Shown: one piece after another, positions 56,055-64,000 of the stretch | How positions within the stretch are numbered: position 1 is the first letter of the stretch | Layout: the number at the start of each line of letters is the position of its first letter | Source: a virus | Reading direction: 5' to 3' (one strand) | Length of the DNA stretch: 64,000 nucleotides | IMG/VR virus record: IMGVR_UViG_3300021184_000001 | Coordinates: 34,854 to 98,853 of that record | The notes under the pieces: generated by a model | Told to the model about the DNA's origin: nothing | What the model saw: the letters and a program-made list of their open reading frames with translations, nothing else | The model's database searches: none | Made by a program: the position numbers and the translations under genes

Positions 56055-56100
56055 AAATGAAACCCCAGCTCACGGCCCCTAAAAATCGCCGTGCTGGCCT

Positions 56101-56118
56101 ATGACATAGTTATGTCAT
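56101..56118. promoter_or_regulatory. Operator-like palindrome
   Basis: ATGACATA-GT-TATGTCAT, perfect 8-bp arms. Confidence 0.55.
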
Positions 56119-56347
56119 CGCTTCCGAGCGACGCGAACCGCAAGGGGCGCGGCACTCGGGCAGGCGAATGTTGTTACCGCGCGTCCCCCATTGCGGATGC
56201 CTCAACCGAACAGTGTGTTTTGAAGCGCAGACGCGCGACGAATCCCGCCCGCATTGGGCGCTCCCTCGGGGGCGAACTGTGCACATGGCTAGCTATATGC
56301 GAAGGGGACCAGTTGCGCGGAAGATTCGGCTAGCGAAAGGATGCGTC

Positions 56348-57133
56348 ATGCATCGCGCATTTATCACAGAACGTGATTACCTTGTTTACGAGGACCCTAA
56401 GCGCGCTCGCCAGCGAATGGATGACGAACGGGCCGTAGGTATGGAAACGTTGGCGCACACTGCCCGCGCTCCCTATCCCCAGTCCGCTCCCCCCATCATG
56501 AATGTTGACGAGTTGTCGGAAGGCCCGAACCTCCCCCATAGGGATGATAAGGACATTTCGACGGAAGCGCGGGACCGGGCGGCTAAAGCTGGCTACTACC
56601 AAGCAGCAACCTACGCGTTCTCATCGGACGCGTACCTCGACAAGCCATCACCCATCGATCGCAAAGCGCGGTCCAAGCGTAAGCACGTGTCTACCAGCGG
56701 CATCACGTACGTCATGCCGCACGGTGCGGGAGTGGACAAACCACTCACGGCACGCAACAAGCACCTCATGTACAAAAACGACCCAACGGCAAGGGAAGCG
56801 CTCGCGAACGTCATGCGAGACGCCACCCCAACCGACAGCGCTGGCGAACCGGTCGCGAACCGGTACACGCTCGCAATCCCGCGCGACATGCTGGTCATGC
56901 TCGCACGGGTGCACGACATTCAAGCTAAGCGCGGCAAGCTGGCAGGTGACAACCGAAGCGACACGCTACGGGAACTCGCCGCACGCATCGAACCGGGCGA
57001 AATGGTCGATATTGACCTGTACTCGCCTAGCGAAGTGACCAGCTTGACGCAAGGGTTGCCCAAGCGTTACAAGTCCGGAGAATTCGGACAATTCCTGAAG
57101 GATCTCGCAACCTTCGTGAAAATCGAAAAGTGA
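56348..57133 (+). CDS. Hypothetical protein, first gene after control region
   Basis: RBS AAAGGA 6 nt before ATG 56348; followed by terminator. Confidence 0.65.
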   Translation: MHRAFITERDYLVYEDPKRARQRMDDERAVGMETLAHTARAPYPQSAPPIMNVDELSEGPNLPHRDDKDISTEARDRAAKAGYYQAATYAFSSDAYLDKPSPIDRKARSKRKHVSTSGITYVMPHGAGVDKPLTARNKHLMYKNDPTAREALANVMRDATPTDSAGEPVANRYTLAIPRDMLVMLARVHDIQAKRGKLAGDNRSDTLRELAARIEPGEMVDIDLYSPSEVTSLTQGLPKRYKSGEFGQFLKDLATFVKIEK

Positions 57134-57154
57134 ACAAAACGTGCAAAAGAAATC

Positions 57155-57179
57155 AGGCTGCCCATGGGCGGCCTTTTTT
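57155..57179 (+). terminator. Rho-independent terminator
   Basis: AGGCTGCCC-AT-GGGCGGCCT followed by a T tract. Confidence 0.75.
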
Positions 57180-57189
57180 CATGTCCCAA

Positions 57190-57198
57190 AACCGGACA
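57190..57198. promoter_or_regulatory. AANCRGACA box before small-gene cluster
   Basis: AAAACCGGACAAAA. Confidence 0.55.
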
Positions 57199-57576
57199 AA
57201 ACGTACGCAACCCATGCGCTCGCAACATGAACGGGCCACACGTGAAATATAAATTCTGGGACAATCTGGACATTGTCCAGCGGGTTGCGGGTCATGAGGT
57301 CGGGTCTCTGAGTATTTTTCATGCGCATCGGGTGCCTTCCCTCGCGGGTTGAGGTGCCGGTGGGCGTGAGTTGTCCTCAGAGGGCAGGTCGCTAGTAGGT
57401 GGAATAGAGCGGGCGCGGCCCCACCCCGGATAAGCGGGTGTCTGGTGGGCAAGCGGCAATCACGTCACTGAACGGGCCGTTTCTGTTGGTTCGAGCTAAT
57501 TTCATACTAATTTCAAAGTTGATGCTGGTCGGGAGCGGCATTCTCCCGAGTCATGAAGTTCGTTCGCCCGGGTGAG

Positions 57577-57608
57577 GTGCCCCGGTCATCTTCGGGTGGC
57601 CGGGGCAC
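57577..57608 (+). other. UUCG-tetraloop hairpin
   Basis: 14-bp stem closed C(TTCG)G. Confidence 0.7.
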
Positions 57609-57676
57609 TTGGCGTGCCTGGGTCTCGGGTGTTTCCCCGGGTTTTCAGTCATTGAAGTTTCAAGTAAGGAGTTGTC

Positions 57677-57889
57677 ATGTCGCGTATGAGCAAGACGACC
57701 TATAAGCAGTTCGCTGCGTTGGTGGCGGGTGTGGAGATGCCTGACAAGGTGTTCTATGACCTGCTGGAGGCGATGATCGAGGTGTTCATTGCGGACAACC
57801 CTCGTTTCAACGCGACGCTGTTCGTGGAGGCGGCCGAGATCGCGCGCTCTGGCGAGGTGTACTCATCTGTTCGTTGTGAGGAGGTGTAG
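57677..57889 (+). CDS. Small phage protein (DNPRF motif)
   Basis: SKTTYKQFA..FIADNPRFNATLFVEA; RBS AAGGAG. Confidence 0.7.
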   Translation: MSRMSKTTYKQFAALVAGVEMPDKVFYDLLEAMIEVFIADNPRFNATLFVEAAEIARSGEVYSSVRCEEV

Positions 57890-57892
57890 CGA

Positions 57893-58315
57893 ATGGTGCA
57901 TCGGTTGACGACTGAGCACGTGAAGGCGATCGCGGGTGCGATCGGTTCGGTGGTCATGCCGCACGGGTCCCGTAAGGAGCTCGCGGGTGTGGTCGCGGAT
58001 GTTCTGGAGGAGACGACTCCGAAGGACAGGCAGGGGAACGTGAAGCCTGAGACGTGGTTCTCGGGTCGGAAGCGGGCCGTGTTCATGCAGACGGCTGCTC
58101 CGGAGGTGGGTGTGGAGATCGTCGTGAACGCGTCGATGTCCTCGCAGGGCGAGTTGCTGTATCAGGGCTGGTCGTTGGAGGTGACGCACCCGAAGTGGGG
58201 TGTGTCCTCGCACCGGCCCGAGGAGGACTCGTTCAAGGCGGTGATGGAGCTGGCGTGGCGCGAGCACTTCGTGCGTGATTTCGGGTCGGTTCCGGTTCGT
58301 ATCGAGAAGCTGTAA
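57893..58315 (+). CDS. Hypothetical protein
   Basis: RBS GAGGAGG. Confidence 0.7.
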   Translation: MVHRLTTEHVKAIAGAIGSVVMPHGSRKELAGVVADVLEETTPKDRQGNVKPETWFSGRKRAVFMQTAAPEVGVEIVVNASMSSQGELLYQGWSLEVTHPKWGVSSHRPEEDSFKAVMELAWREHFVRDFGSVPVRIEKL

Positions 58316-58328
58316 GGGAGGTTGGCCT

Positions 58329-58682
58329 GTGGCTGGTGTGGGTCGGGTTGAGGTTCAGGTGGAGGCGCAGACGGACCGGGTGTTCGCGGACTGGTTGTAT
58401 GCCCAGTTGTGCGAGGGTGACCGGATTGCGGCTCCGGACGGGACGTGCGAGGCGTGGGAGTTCGGGGCGGTGAATCCGCTTTCGGGCGCGGTCGAGGTGC
58501 CGTGGGGTCAGTTCGAGGATGATCCGGCGCGGGCGGTGTCGTGGTTGCTGCGTAAGCGTCCGCCGGAGGTGCTGCCTGCGGTGGTCGCTGAGTACGACCG
58601 GGGCAGGCGTGTGGTGTCGCTGCGGTGGGGTCGGCATGTGCCGACGTCGCGGGCGGTCGCGGGTGCGGTCCTGCTGGGTTGA
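58329..58682 (+). CDS. Hypothetical protein
   Basis: RBS GGGAGG before GTG. Confidence 0.6.
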   Translation: MAGVGRVEVQVEAQTDRVFADWLYAQLCEGDRIAAPDGTCEAWEFGAVNPLSGAVEVPWGQFEDDPARAVSWLLRKRPPEVLPAVVAEYDRGRRVVSLRWGRHVPTSRAVAGAVLLG

Positions 58683-58693
58683 GAGCCAGGTGT

Positions 58694-58741
58694 GAGTCCG
58701 TCGCGTCCCTTTCGGGGGGTGGGCGGGCTGCCACAAGGTTC
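58694..58741 (+). repeat. Intergenic hairpin element, copy A
   Basis: GAGTCCGTC..CCCTTTCGGGG..GGGCGGGCTGCCACAAGGTTC. Confidence 0.7.
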
Positions 58742-58764
58742 CCAGTTCGAGAGGAGGGGCGTCT

Positions 58765-59028
58765 ATGGCGCGTGAGGTGGTGCGGTTGCACCGTGACAGG
58801 GGTTCGCTGGTGGGTCGGGTGATCTACCGGGGCGAGCCTGGGAAAGAGGTCGAGGGAGACGAGCGGCCGTGGCGTGAGGTGCTGGCTGAGGCTGCGGGTG
58901 TGGTCGGTGCTGGGGAGCTGGTGACGGTTCGGGTGTTCGGGAGGTCCCGGGACACGACGTACAACAGCGGGTACGGGCAGTTGACCGAGTACCCGGTGCA
59001 GCTGCCGAGGGCGCGGGCCGGGTCGTGA
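58765..59028 (+). CDS. Hypothetical protein
   Basis: RBS GAGGAGGGG. Confidence 0.65.
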   Translation: MAREVVRLHRDRGSLVGRVIYRGEPGKEVEGDERPWREVLAEAAGVVGAGELVTVRVFGRSRDTTYNSGYGQLTEYPVQLPRARAGS

Positions 59029-59160
59029 AGCGGTGGGAGCGGCGCCGGTGCGGTGTGTGCGGGGGCCGGGTCGTGCGGGTGCGCCGGTGGGGTCGGGACT
59101 GGGGTCCGTGGCGTCACACGCGGTGGCACCGGAAGGCGGGTCATTGCTGGTTGTAGTGGG

Positions 59161-59211
59161 TTACGAGAGCCCGTCGCCCTACGGGGGTGGGGGCGGGTTG
59201 TCACAGCCTTC
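59161..59211 (+). repeat. Intergenic hairpin element, copy B
   Basis: TTACGAGAGCCCGTCGCCC-TACG-GGGGTGGGGGCGGGTTGTCACAGCCTTC. Confidence 0.75.
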
Positions 59212-59241
59212 TAGGACACTAGAACGATGAGAGGACGGCTC

Positions 59242-59595
59242 ATGTCTGAGGACAAGTTGGAGTTGGCGCGCCGGATGGCGGCCGACAAGACGAACCATCG
59301 CAAGCGCACGTGGGAGTCGCGGATCACGCGCTGGTTCCCTCCCCGATTCGGCGTGGTGTGGGTGCACGTGCGCATGGACCGGGAGCCGGACCGGCCGATG
59401 ACGGCCCGCATGTCGGTCGAGGACGCGCGCGAGATGGTGGTGGATCTGTCCATCAACGACTCGCCCTCGCGTCCGGGTCTGTTCTCCGGGGAACTGGACC
59501 GGCACGCCCGCATCCAGAAATTGCGCCTGCTGGTGCACCTGGGTGTGAGCGAGGACCTGGCGCGGGAGGTCGCCGGAGTCGGCAACGAGGCGTGA
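59242..59595 (+). CDS. Hypothetical protein
   Basis: RBS GAGAGGA; 117 aa. Confidence 0.65.
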   Translation: MSEDKLELARRMAADKTNHRKRTWESRITRWFPPRFGVVWVHVRMDREPDRPMTARMSVEDAREMVVDLSINDSPSRPGLFSGELDRHARIQKLRLLVHLGVSEDLAREVAGVGNEA

Positions 59596-59600
59596 GCGCT

Positions 59601-59643
59601 TTACGGGAGCCCGTCCCTTCGGGGGCGGGTTGCGGCAAGGTTC
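59601..59643 (+). repeat. Intergenic hairpin element, copy C
   Basis: TTACGGGAGCCCGTCCC-TTCG-GGGGCGGGTTGCGGCAAGGTTC. Confidence 0.75.
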
Positions 59644-59667
59644 TCAAGCTAATGGAAGGAGGCTCGC

Positions 59668-60144
59668 ATGTGGAAGTTGGAAGAGCGGCGGGTCGATGAC
59701 GAGTTCGACAAGCGCACGCCCGAGGAGCACCGCGAGATCAGGGCCCGGGAGGACTTCCCGGCCGTGCGGATGTACCGGACCGAGTTCGCGCGGTGGGAGG
59801 ACCCGGACGCGGCCGAGCCTGAAAAGCTCGGCACGCTGGCCGTGGTCTGGGAACTGGTCGAGGCCCCGTGCGAGTGCGGGTCCGATCCGGCCGAGCCCGA
59901 CGACTGCGTGTGCGACCGTCTCGAAGGGGCGCTTGCGACCGTGCTCGCGGAGTGGGACGTGTTCCCCTCCTCGGATTGGGAGCCGTCCGCGTCCCCTTGG
60001 GACGCGGCCGACGAGAACGTCTGGGTGTCCGCGACCGAGAAGTACCTGTACGAGCAGCACACGCAGTACGAGTACAGCCTGCACTTCGAAGGCGTCACGG
60101 CCGAGGTGCGCGGCGAGTTGTTCGCCGCGCTAGGTGTCAAGTAG
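59668..60144 (+). CDS. Acidic hypothetical protein
   Basis: RBS AAGGAGG; CECG..CVC. Confidence 0.7.
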   Translation: MWKLEERRVDDEFDKRTPEEHREIRAREDFPAVRMYRTEFARWEDPDAAEPEKLGTLAVVWELVEAPCECGSDPAEPDDCVCDRLEGALATVLAEWDVFPSSDWEPSASPWDAADENVWVSATEKYLYEQHTQYEYSLHFEGVTAEVRGELFAALGVK

Positions 60145-60165
60145 CAGGAGGAAGGGAGTGGCGGC

Positions 60166-60702
60166 ATGGCCGTCCCGTACTACTTCAACACCCGGTCGCA
60201 AGCCGATTGGGTGGTGGAAGAATCCGCGCTCGATGAGTCGTACCGCGACGTCTGCAACCCGAATCCGCGCGAGCGGAAGACGTGGGAGGCGACGCTGACC
60301 GTCAAGCATCACGGGCTTGACAAGCGGGCGGTCGTCATGGCGTCGTACTGGCCGGGTAAGCCGGTCGTAGTCGAGTACCTGTGGGCGCATGTCCTCAGTG
60401 ACGTTCCGACGCTCGGCGTCAACGAGCACCTGTACACGCGGGTTGCTCCGGCGGGGCGGTACAACCCGAAGTCGGCGCGTGACCTTGCGTACCGGGGGTC
60501 TGTGGAGTCACCCAAGCGTGAGGACTACCGCGAGGACACGCACGGGTTGTTCGCGTACGGGGTCTACATGGACGCGCTTCAGGTCTGGCGCGACTCGCTG
60601 GCCGACGCGCGGGAGCACAACCGGCAGCACCAGCCGATCCGGGACGCGATCAGCGGGGTGTTGAGCGCGCTCGAAAAGAAGGTTCGCGCGGACAAGGGAT
60701 AG
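60166..60702 (+). CDS. Hypothetical protein
   Basis: RBS AGGAAGGGAG. Confidence 0.7.
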   Translation: MAVPYYFNTRSQADWVVEESALDESYRDVCNPNPRERKTWEATLTVKHHGLDKRAVVMASYWPGKPVVVEYLWAHVLSDVPTLGVNEHLYTRVAPAGRYNPKSARDLAYRGSVESPKREDYREDTHGLFAYGVYMDALQVWRDSLADAREHNRQHQPIRDAISGVLSALEKKVRADKG

Positions 60703-60715
60703 CCGAGGAGGGCTG

Positions 60716-61270
60716 ATGCTGAAAGCGAAAAAGTCGTTCATGTGGGCGTGCCAGACCGAGACGGGTTGCTACCGCGACAGCGTGTGGTGCGCTGAGTGCG
60801 GGGGTGTGGAGGCCGACGCCCAGTTCAGCCGGGTGAGTCCGGTGTCCGATCCGGACGGGAGCCGTCTGGAGTGCCACCGTTTCCTGCCCGGTCCCGGTTA
60901 CACGGGCCTGGTGGGTGGGCCGCTCCCGAGTGAGGGGGGTCGGATTTGCGGGGCCGTGACCATGATCGCCACTGAGGAGGTCGACCGGCGACGCCGGGTC
61001 ATCGCTGAGGCCGAACAGGCGGAGCGGGTGCCGACGTGGGCGAAGTACGCGGGCCGGTTCTTCGAGGTGTTCGACGCTGGAACGCGGGTCGTCTCCGGGT
61101 TGCGTCCCGATGTGGCCGGTGAGGTCGTCCAGTATCACCGCGAGTGCTCGCACGGGCACCACTTCAACGGGATTGTTCGTATCCGGTACGCGGTGCCGGT
61201 GTCGAAGCTGTATCCGGACGGGTGGCAGGTGCTGGACACGGGAGCGGTCACGCTCACCGCAGTGGCGTAG
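60716..61270 (+). CDS. Hypothetical Cys-containing protein
   Basis: RBS GAGGAGG. Confidence 0.65.
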   Translation: MLKAKKSFMWACQTETGCYRDSVWCAECGGVEADAQFSRVSPVSDPDGSRLECHRFLPGPGYTGLVGGPLPSEGGRICGAVTMIATEEVDRRRRVIAEAEQAERVPTWAKYAGRFFEVFDAGTRVVSGLRPDVAGEVVQYHRECSHGHHFNGIVRIRYAVPVSKLYPDGWQVLDTGAVTLTAVA

Positions 61271-61288
61271 GCCTCCAGTGGTGACCAG

Positions 61289-61822
61289 GTGCACGGGGGT
61301 GCCTGGTTTCGCGCTGAAGACCTATTCGAGAGGAGGCCTGGCATGGAAGCGGTGGCAACGGGTTATGACCTGGTGCACGCGGCCGTGGATGCGTGGTGGG
61401 CTGAGCACACCAGCGCAAACCGCAACGGTGAGTGCGTCGTGTGCTCGCAGTGGGATCTGGATTTCGACTACGTCGCGGACGTGGCGTGGGCGGGTCTGGA
61501 TACGGCCATGTGGTCCTCGTCAGGGAACGGCGGGGACTGGTCCTTCCCCGCGATGTACCAGCGCGAGGACATCGACGCAGCGGTCGCTGTGGCGTTCACG
61601 CGGGAGGTCGCCGAGTTCTGCCACGCGATGTGGGTCGACGTCGTCGCGATCGGCGCGGGGCAGGTGGGTCACGATTTCGTGCTCACCCGCAACGGTGAGG
61701 GCACCGGGTTCTGGGACCGGGGCCTGGGGGAGGCCGGTGACCGGCTCACGGCCCGCTGCGAGCCGTACGGGGCGTTCGTCCTGTACGTGGGTGACGACGG
61801 GGCGCTGCACGCGCACAACTAG
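61289..61822 (+). CDS. Phage protein with GHDFxLTRNGxGxGFWDRG motif (true start may be ATG 61343)
   Basis: Motif recognised from small phage early proteins; GAGGAGG before 61343. Confidence 0.7.
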   Translation: MHGGAWFRAEDLFERRPGMEAVATGYDLVHAAVDAWWAEHTSANRNGECVVCSQWDLDFDYVADVAWAGLDTAMWSSSGNGGDWSFPAMYQREDIDAAVAVAFTREVAEFCHAMWVDVVAIGAGQVGHDFVLTRNGEGTGFWDRGLGEAGDRLTARCEPYGAFVLYVGDDGALHAHN

Positions 61823-61845
61823 CGAGGGAAACGAGGAGGGTTCAC

Positions 61846-62022
61846 GTGAACGGTTACATTGCGTTCGTCGAGGGCAAGCGGCACGAGATCGAGGCCGAGG
61901 ACCTGTACGAGGCGAGCGTGAAGGCGCGCGCGCTGTACAAGGGCCGCAAGAAGCGGCCGACGGTCAACGTCACGCTCGCCGAGATCGACGGTGAGCCGGT
62001 CGTGCACACGGCGGTCGACTAG
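61846..62022 (+). CDS. Small phage protein (MNGYIAF type), absent from ORF track
   Basis: 58 aa VNGYIAFVEGKRHEIEAEDLYEA..VTLAEIDGEPVVHT; RBS GAGGAGG. Confidence 0.7.
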   Translation: MNGYIAFVEGKRHEIEAEDLYEASVKARALYKGRKKRPTVNVTLAEIDGEPVVHTAVD

Positions 62023-62039
62023 CAGGGGGAGGGTCATTC

Positions 62040-62354
62040 GTGAAGGTATTCGAGTCGAAACCCGGGCTCACGTGGCCCGAGCACATCGCTCGGGTGGTCG
62101 CGTCCGGTGAGGAGTACTGGCGTCTGGTCCAGCGATCGGACACGATGCTGGCCGTGCGGGAGCAACGCGATGAGGGCGACTTCGGGGACGTGCTGCTGAT
62201 CGCGACGTTGCACACGTGGCGTCGGGTCGCCGATGAGCTGGACGCGTGGGTCATCGTGAACGGCATGCGCGACCCGGCCGGACGCGAGCAGACGCGCGCG
62301 TGGTGCGAGGTGATCCGCCGGGGGGTCCTCGGCGAAGGCGGCAGCGGGTCATAG
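62040..62354 (+). CDS. Hypothetical protein
   Basis: RBS GGGGAGGG. Confidence 0.65.
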   Translation: MKVFESKPGLTWPEHIARVVASGEEYWRLVQRSDTMLAVREQRDEGDFGDVLLIATLHTWRRVADELDAWVIVNGMRDPAGREQTRAWCEVIRRGVLGEGGSGS

Positions 62355-62361
62355 GTCGTTC

Positions 62362-62398
62362 CAGCGGTTACCACGCCTTCGGGCGTGGTGGCGCGCTG
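62362..62398 (+). other. UUCG-tetraloop hairpin
   Basis: ACCACGCC-TTCG-GGCGTGGT core with outer CAGCG/CGCTG. Confidence 0.65.
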
Positions 62399-62428
62399 CA
62401 TCCACCTATCACGATGAGGAGGCAACGC

Positions 62429-62764
62429 ATGGACCGGGAGTCGAAGCCGGTCGACACGTGGGTCGATGACGAAGGCGCTCACGAGATCCACCAGTTCGAC
62501 AACGGGTGGGGTCTGTCGATCATCAACGAGGCGCACCGCTTGGGTGTGCTCGCCGAGCCGTTCGGGAGGACCGCGCTGTTGCGGGCGGTCCTGAACGGGT
62601 GGAAGGTCGAGCAGAAGATCGCACACGACGCGGTGCCCGAGGAACTGGGTCACTACTTCATCTGGGACGGGACCGGTTCGTGGAAGGGCCGCGCGGAAGC
62701 GGCGGCGATTCTCGCGGCCGTCCAGTCCTACTACGAGGACAACAGCGAAGAGAACGACGAGTAG
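62429..62764 (+). CDS. Hypothetical protein
   Basis: RBS GAGGAGG. Confidence 0.65.
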   Translation: MDRESKPVDTWVDDEGAHEIHQFDNGWGLSIINEAHRLGVLAEPFGRTALLRAVLNGWKVEQKIAHDAVPEELGHYFIWDGTGSWKGRAEAAAILAAVQSYYEDNSEENDE

Positions 62765-62772
62765 GAGGCACT

Positions 62773-63018
62773 ATGGAAGACGAGAAACTGTCGTACTCGT
62801 GTCGGGGCGTGACCTTCACGTGGGAGGGCGGCGAGTACATCGACGTGTGGAACGGCGGCGAGTACGCCGTCGCCACCAACAACGTCTGGACCGCGACCGA
62901 CGGCGTCGGGCACGCCACGATCCCGTTCACACAGGACGCGTTCGAGGCCGAGTGCGACGCGTGGCTCGCGGGCCTGCGTCCGGAGGAGATCGCCGAGTAC
63001 GGCGTCACCAGCAAGTAG
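62773..63018 (+). CDS. Small phage protein
   Basis: GVTFTWEGGEYIDV..NVW..IPFTQDAF; RBS AGGAGG. Confidence 0.7.
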   Translation: MEDEKLSYSCRGVTFTWEGGEYIDVWNGGEYAVATNNVWTATDGVGHATIPFTQDAFEAECDAWLAGLRPEEIAEYGVTSK

Positions 63019-63035
63019 AGAGTATGAGGTGAGCG

Positions 63036-63389
63036 ATGCGGTTGACATCAGCGCGAGTGCACGAGGTGCTGTTGCCGGTTTGCGAGGCGACCGGTCATCG
63101 GGACTGGTTGCAGATCAACAATCCCGGCGACGGGAAGGGCAAGCACTACATCCCGAACCACGGAGGGTTTCGCGGGCGGCTCTGGGTGGGTGGCCCGGGT
63201 GCGGCGTCGGCCCTGTCCTATCTGGGCGGGGTCGCGGCCGTGTTCGGCGTCGACCTGTCCGATCCGGACACGCGAGCGGTGCTCGAATACCTTCACGCCT
63301 CCGGCCGGTTCGACAGTGAGGCCGAGGCCGAAGGACGCCGCGATGCCGAGGCGCTAAAAGAGCGGCAGGAGCGAGTGTCGGAAGCGTAA
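63036..63389 (+). CDS. Hypothetical protein
   Basis: 117 aa; GAGG upstream. Confidence 0.55.
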   Translation: MRLTSARVHEVLLPVCEATGHRDWLQINNPGDGKGKHYIPNHGGFRGRLWVGGPGAASALSYLGGVAAVFGVDLSDPDTRAVLEYLHASGRFDSEAEAEGRRDAEALKERQERVSEA

Positions 63390-63500
63390 CCGGGTTGTTC
63401 GCTGGTTGCCCATGATCGGCCCTCGCACGGGGGTGCGGGCCGGTTCGTGGGGTCTGTCGAACCGCACAGGCTGTAGATTCCTCACGTTAGGAGGTTCGGT

Positions 63501-63947
63501 TTGGGTAAGAAGGACGCGCGTGAGGCGTTCAACGAACTCCTCGATTCGCTTCCGGCCACGGACGGCAACGAGCACGCACCGTTCGCGGCGCTGATCAAGG
63601 CGTTCCCGACACGGACGATGTCCAGTCCGGAGCGGCGTGGCGCGGTGCACCTGGAGTGGACGAACCACCAGTGGCCGTTCTACGACGTCACGTTCAACGG
63701 ATGGGAGGGCGCGGCCGGGCGGCGTGAGATCGCGCTGGTCGAATCGTTGCAGCCCTTCACCGAGGACGGGGTCGAGGCCCGGTTCATCGACTCCGGCGGC
63801 TGGGCGCAGATGCGCATCGTCGTCGACTACGGCGACATGCCACTCGACACGTTCAAGCAGGTGCTCAACCTGATCCGGCCCTACCGGGTCGACTCGGGTT
63901 ACACCTGGGTCGCGTACAAGGACCTGAAGCAGGCGCCGCGCGGGTAG
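63501..63947 (+). CDS. Hypothetical protein
   Basis: TTG start after AGGAGG; TAGATT upstream. Confidence 0.6.
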   Translation: MGKKDAREAFNELLDSLPATDGNEHAPFAALIKAFPTRTMSSPERRGAVHLEWTNHQWPFYDVTFNGWEGAAGRREIALVESLQPFTEDGVEARFIDSGGWAQMRIVVDYGDMPLDTFKQVLNLIRPYRVDSGYTWVAYKDLKQAPRG

Positions 63948-64000
63948 CAAGCGCAAGCTGACATCGACGCGCCGGGTGCGCGGCTGATCATGTGGATGGT

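Larger units (their letters stand above)
1686..64000. mobile_element. Siphovirus-like actinophage / possible phage-plasmid (boundaries unresolved, runs off right edge)
   Basis: Portal, protease, capsid, tail, tape measure, TerL/TerS, SSB and recombination genes in one continuous block; ParA cassette present; no integrase or att site seen. Confidence 0.92.

Noticed and set aside
54900-56300. Streptomyces-type telomere or protelomerase target
   Set aside because: No archetypal terminal palindrome set or long perfect inverted repeat, and no tpg/tap or telN-like gene in the window
57338-57480. Possible riboswitch or ribozyme in the early-cluster leader
   Set aside because: Small hairpins only; no known aptamer or ribozyme core recognised by eye; needs an Rfam search
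58694-59643. Hairpin repeats as a CRISPR array or integron attC sites
   Set aside because: Spacers are whole genes; repeats vary in length; no RYYYAAC/GTTRRRY cores and no integron integrase

Overview
High-GC actinomycete DNA. About 1.7-64 kb is one siphovirus-like phage or phage-plasmid that runs off the right edge. Left edge (1-1.3 kb): a 5'-truncated sulfotransferase and a membrane-protein gene, either host DNA or cargo. 1.7-12.5 kb (+): DNA-metabolism and accessory genes (HTH, DUF5662-like HD protein, RusA-like resolvase, MazEF-like toxin-antitoxin pair, SSB, AAA_24/Sak4-like ATPase, Cas4-like exonuclease). 12.5-43 kb (-): full morphogenesis block (portal, protease, capsid, PKD-bearing major tail protein, four FN3/PKD display proteins, neck, chaperones, tape measure, Dit/Tal-like proteins, two GDPD-like/lectin tail paralogues). 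It is interrupted by two + strand islands: ParA plus two RHH proteins, and MazG overlapping a tRNA-Met. 43-55 kb: accessory genes, TerL, tRNA-Tyr and an oppositely oriented TerS. 54.9-56.3 kb: a non-coding control region at a sharp strand-skew inversion, with TGTGGA and other repeat arrays (origin or genome end/packaging site). 57-64 kb: a run of small early-type genes with repeated UNCG-hairpin elements. An AANCRGACA box marks almost every morphogenesis unit. No integrase, endolysin, polymerase, primase or CRISPR array was recognised. Family names come from motif recall, not database searches.
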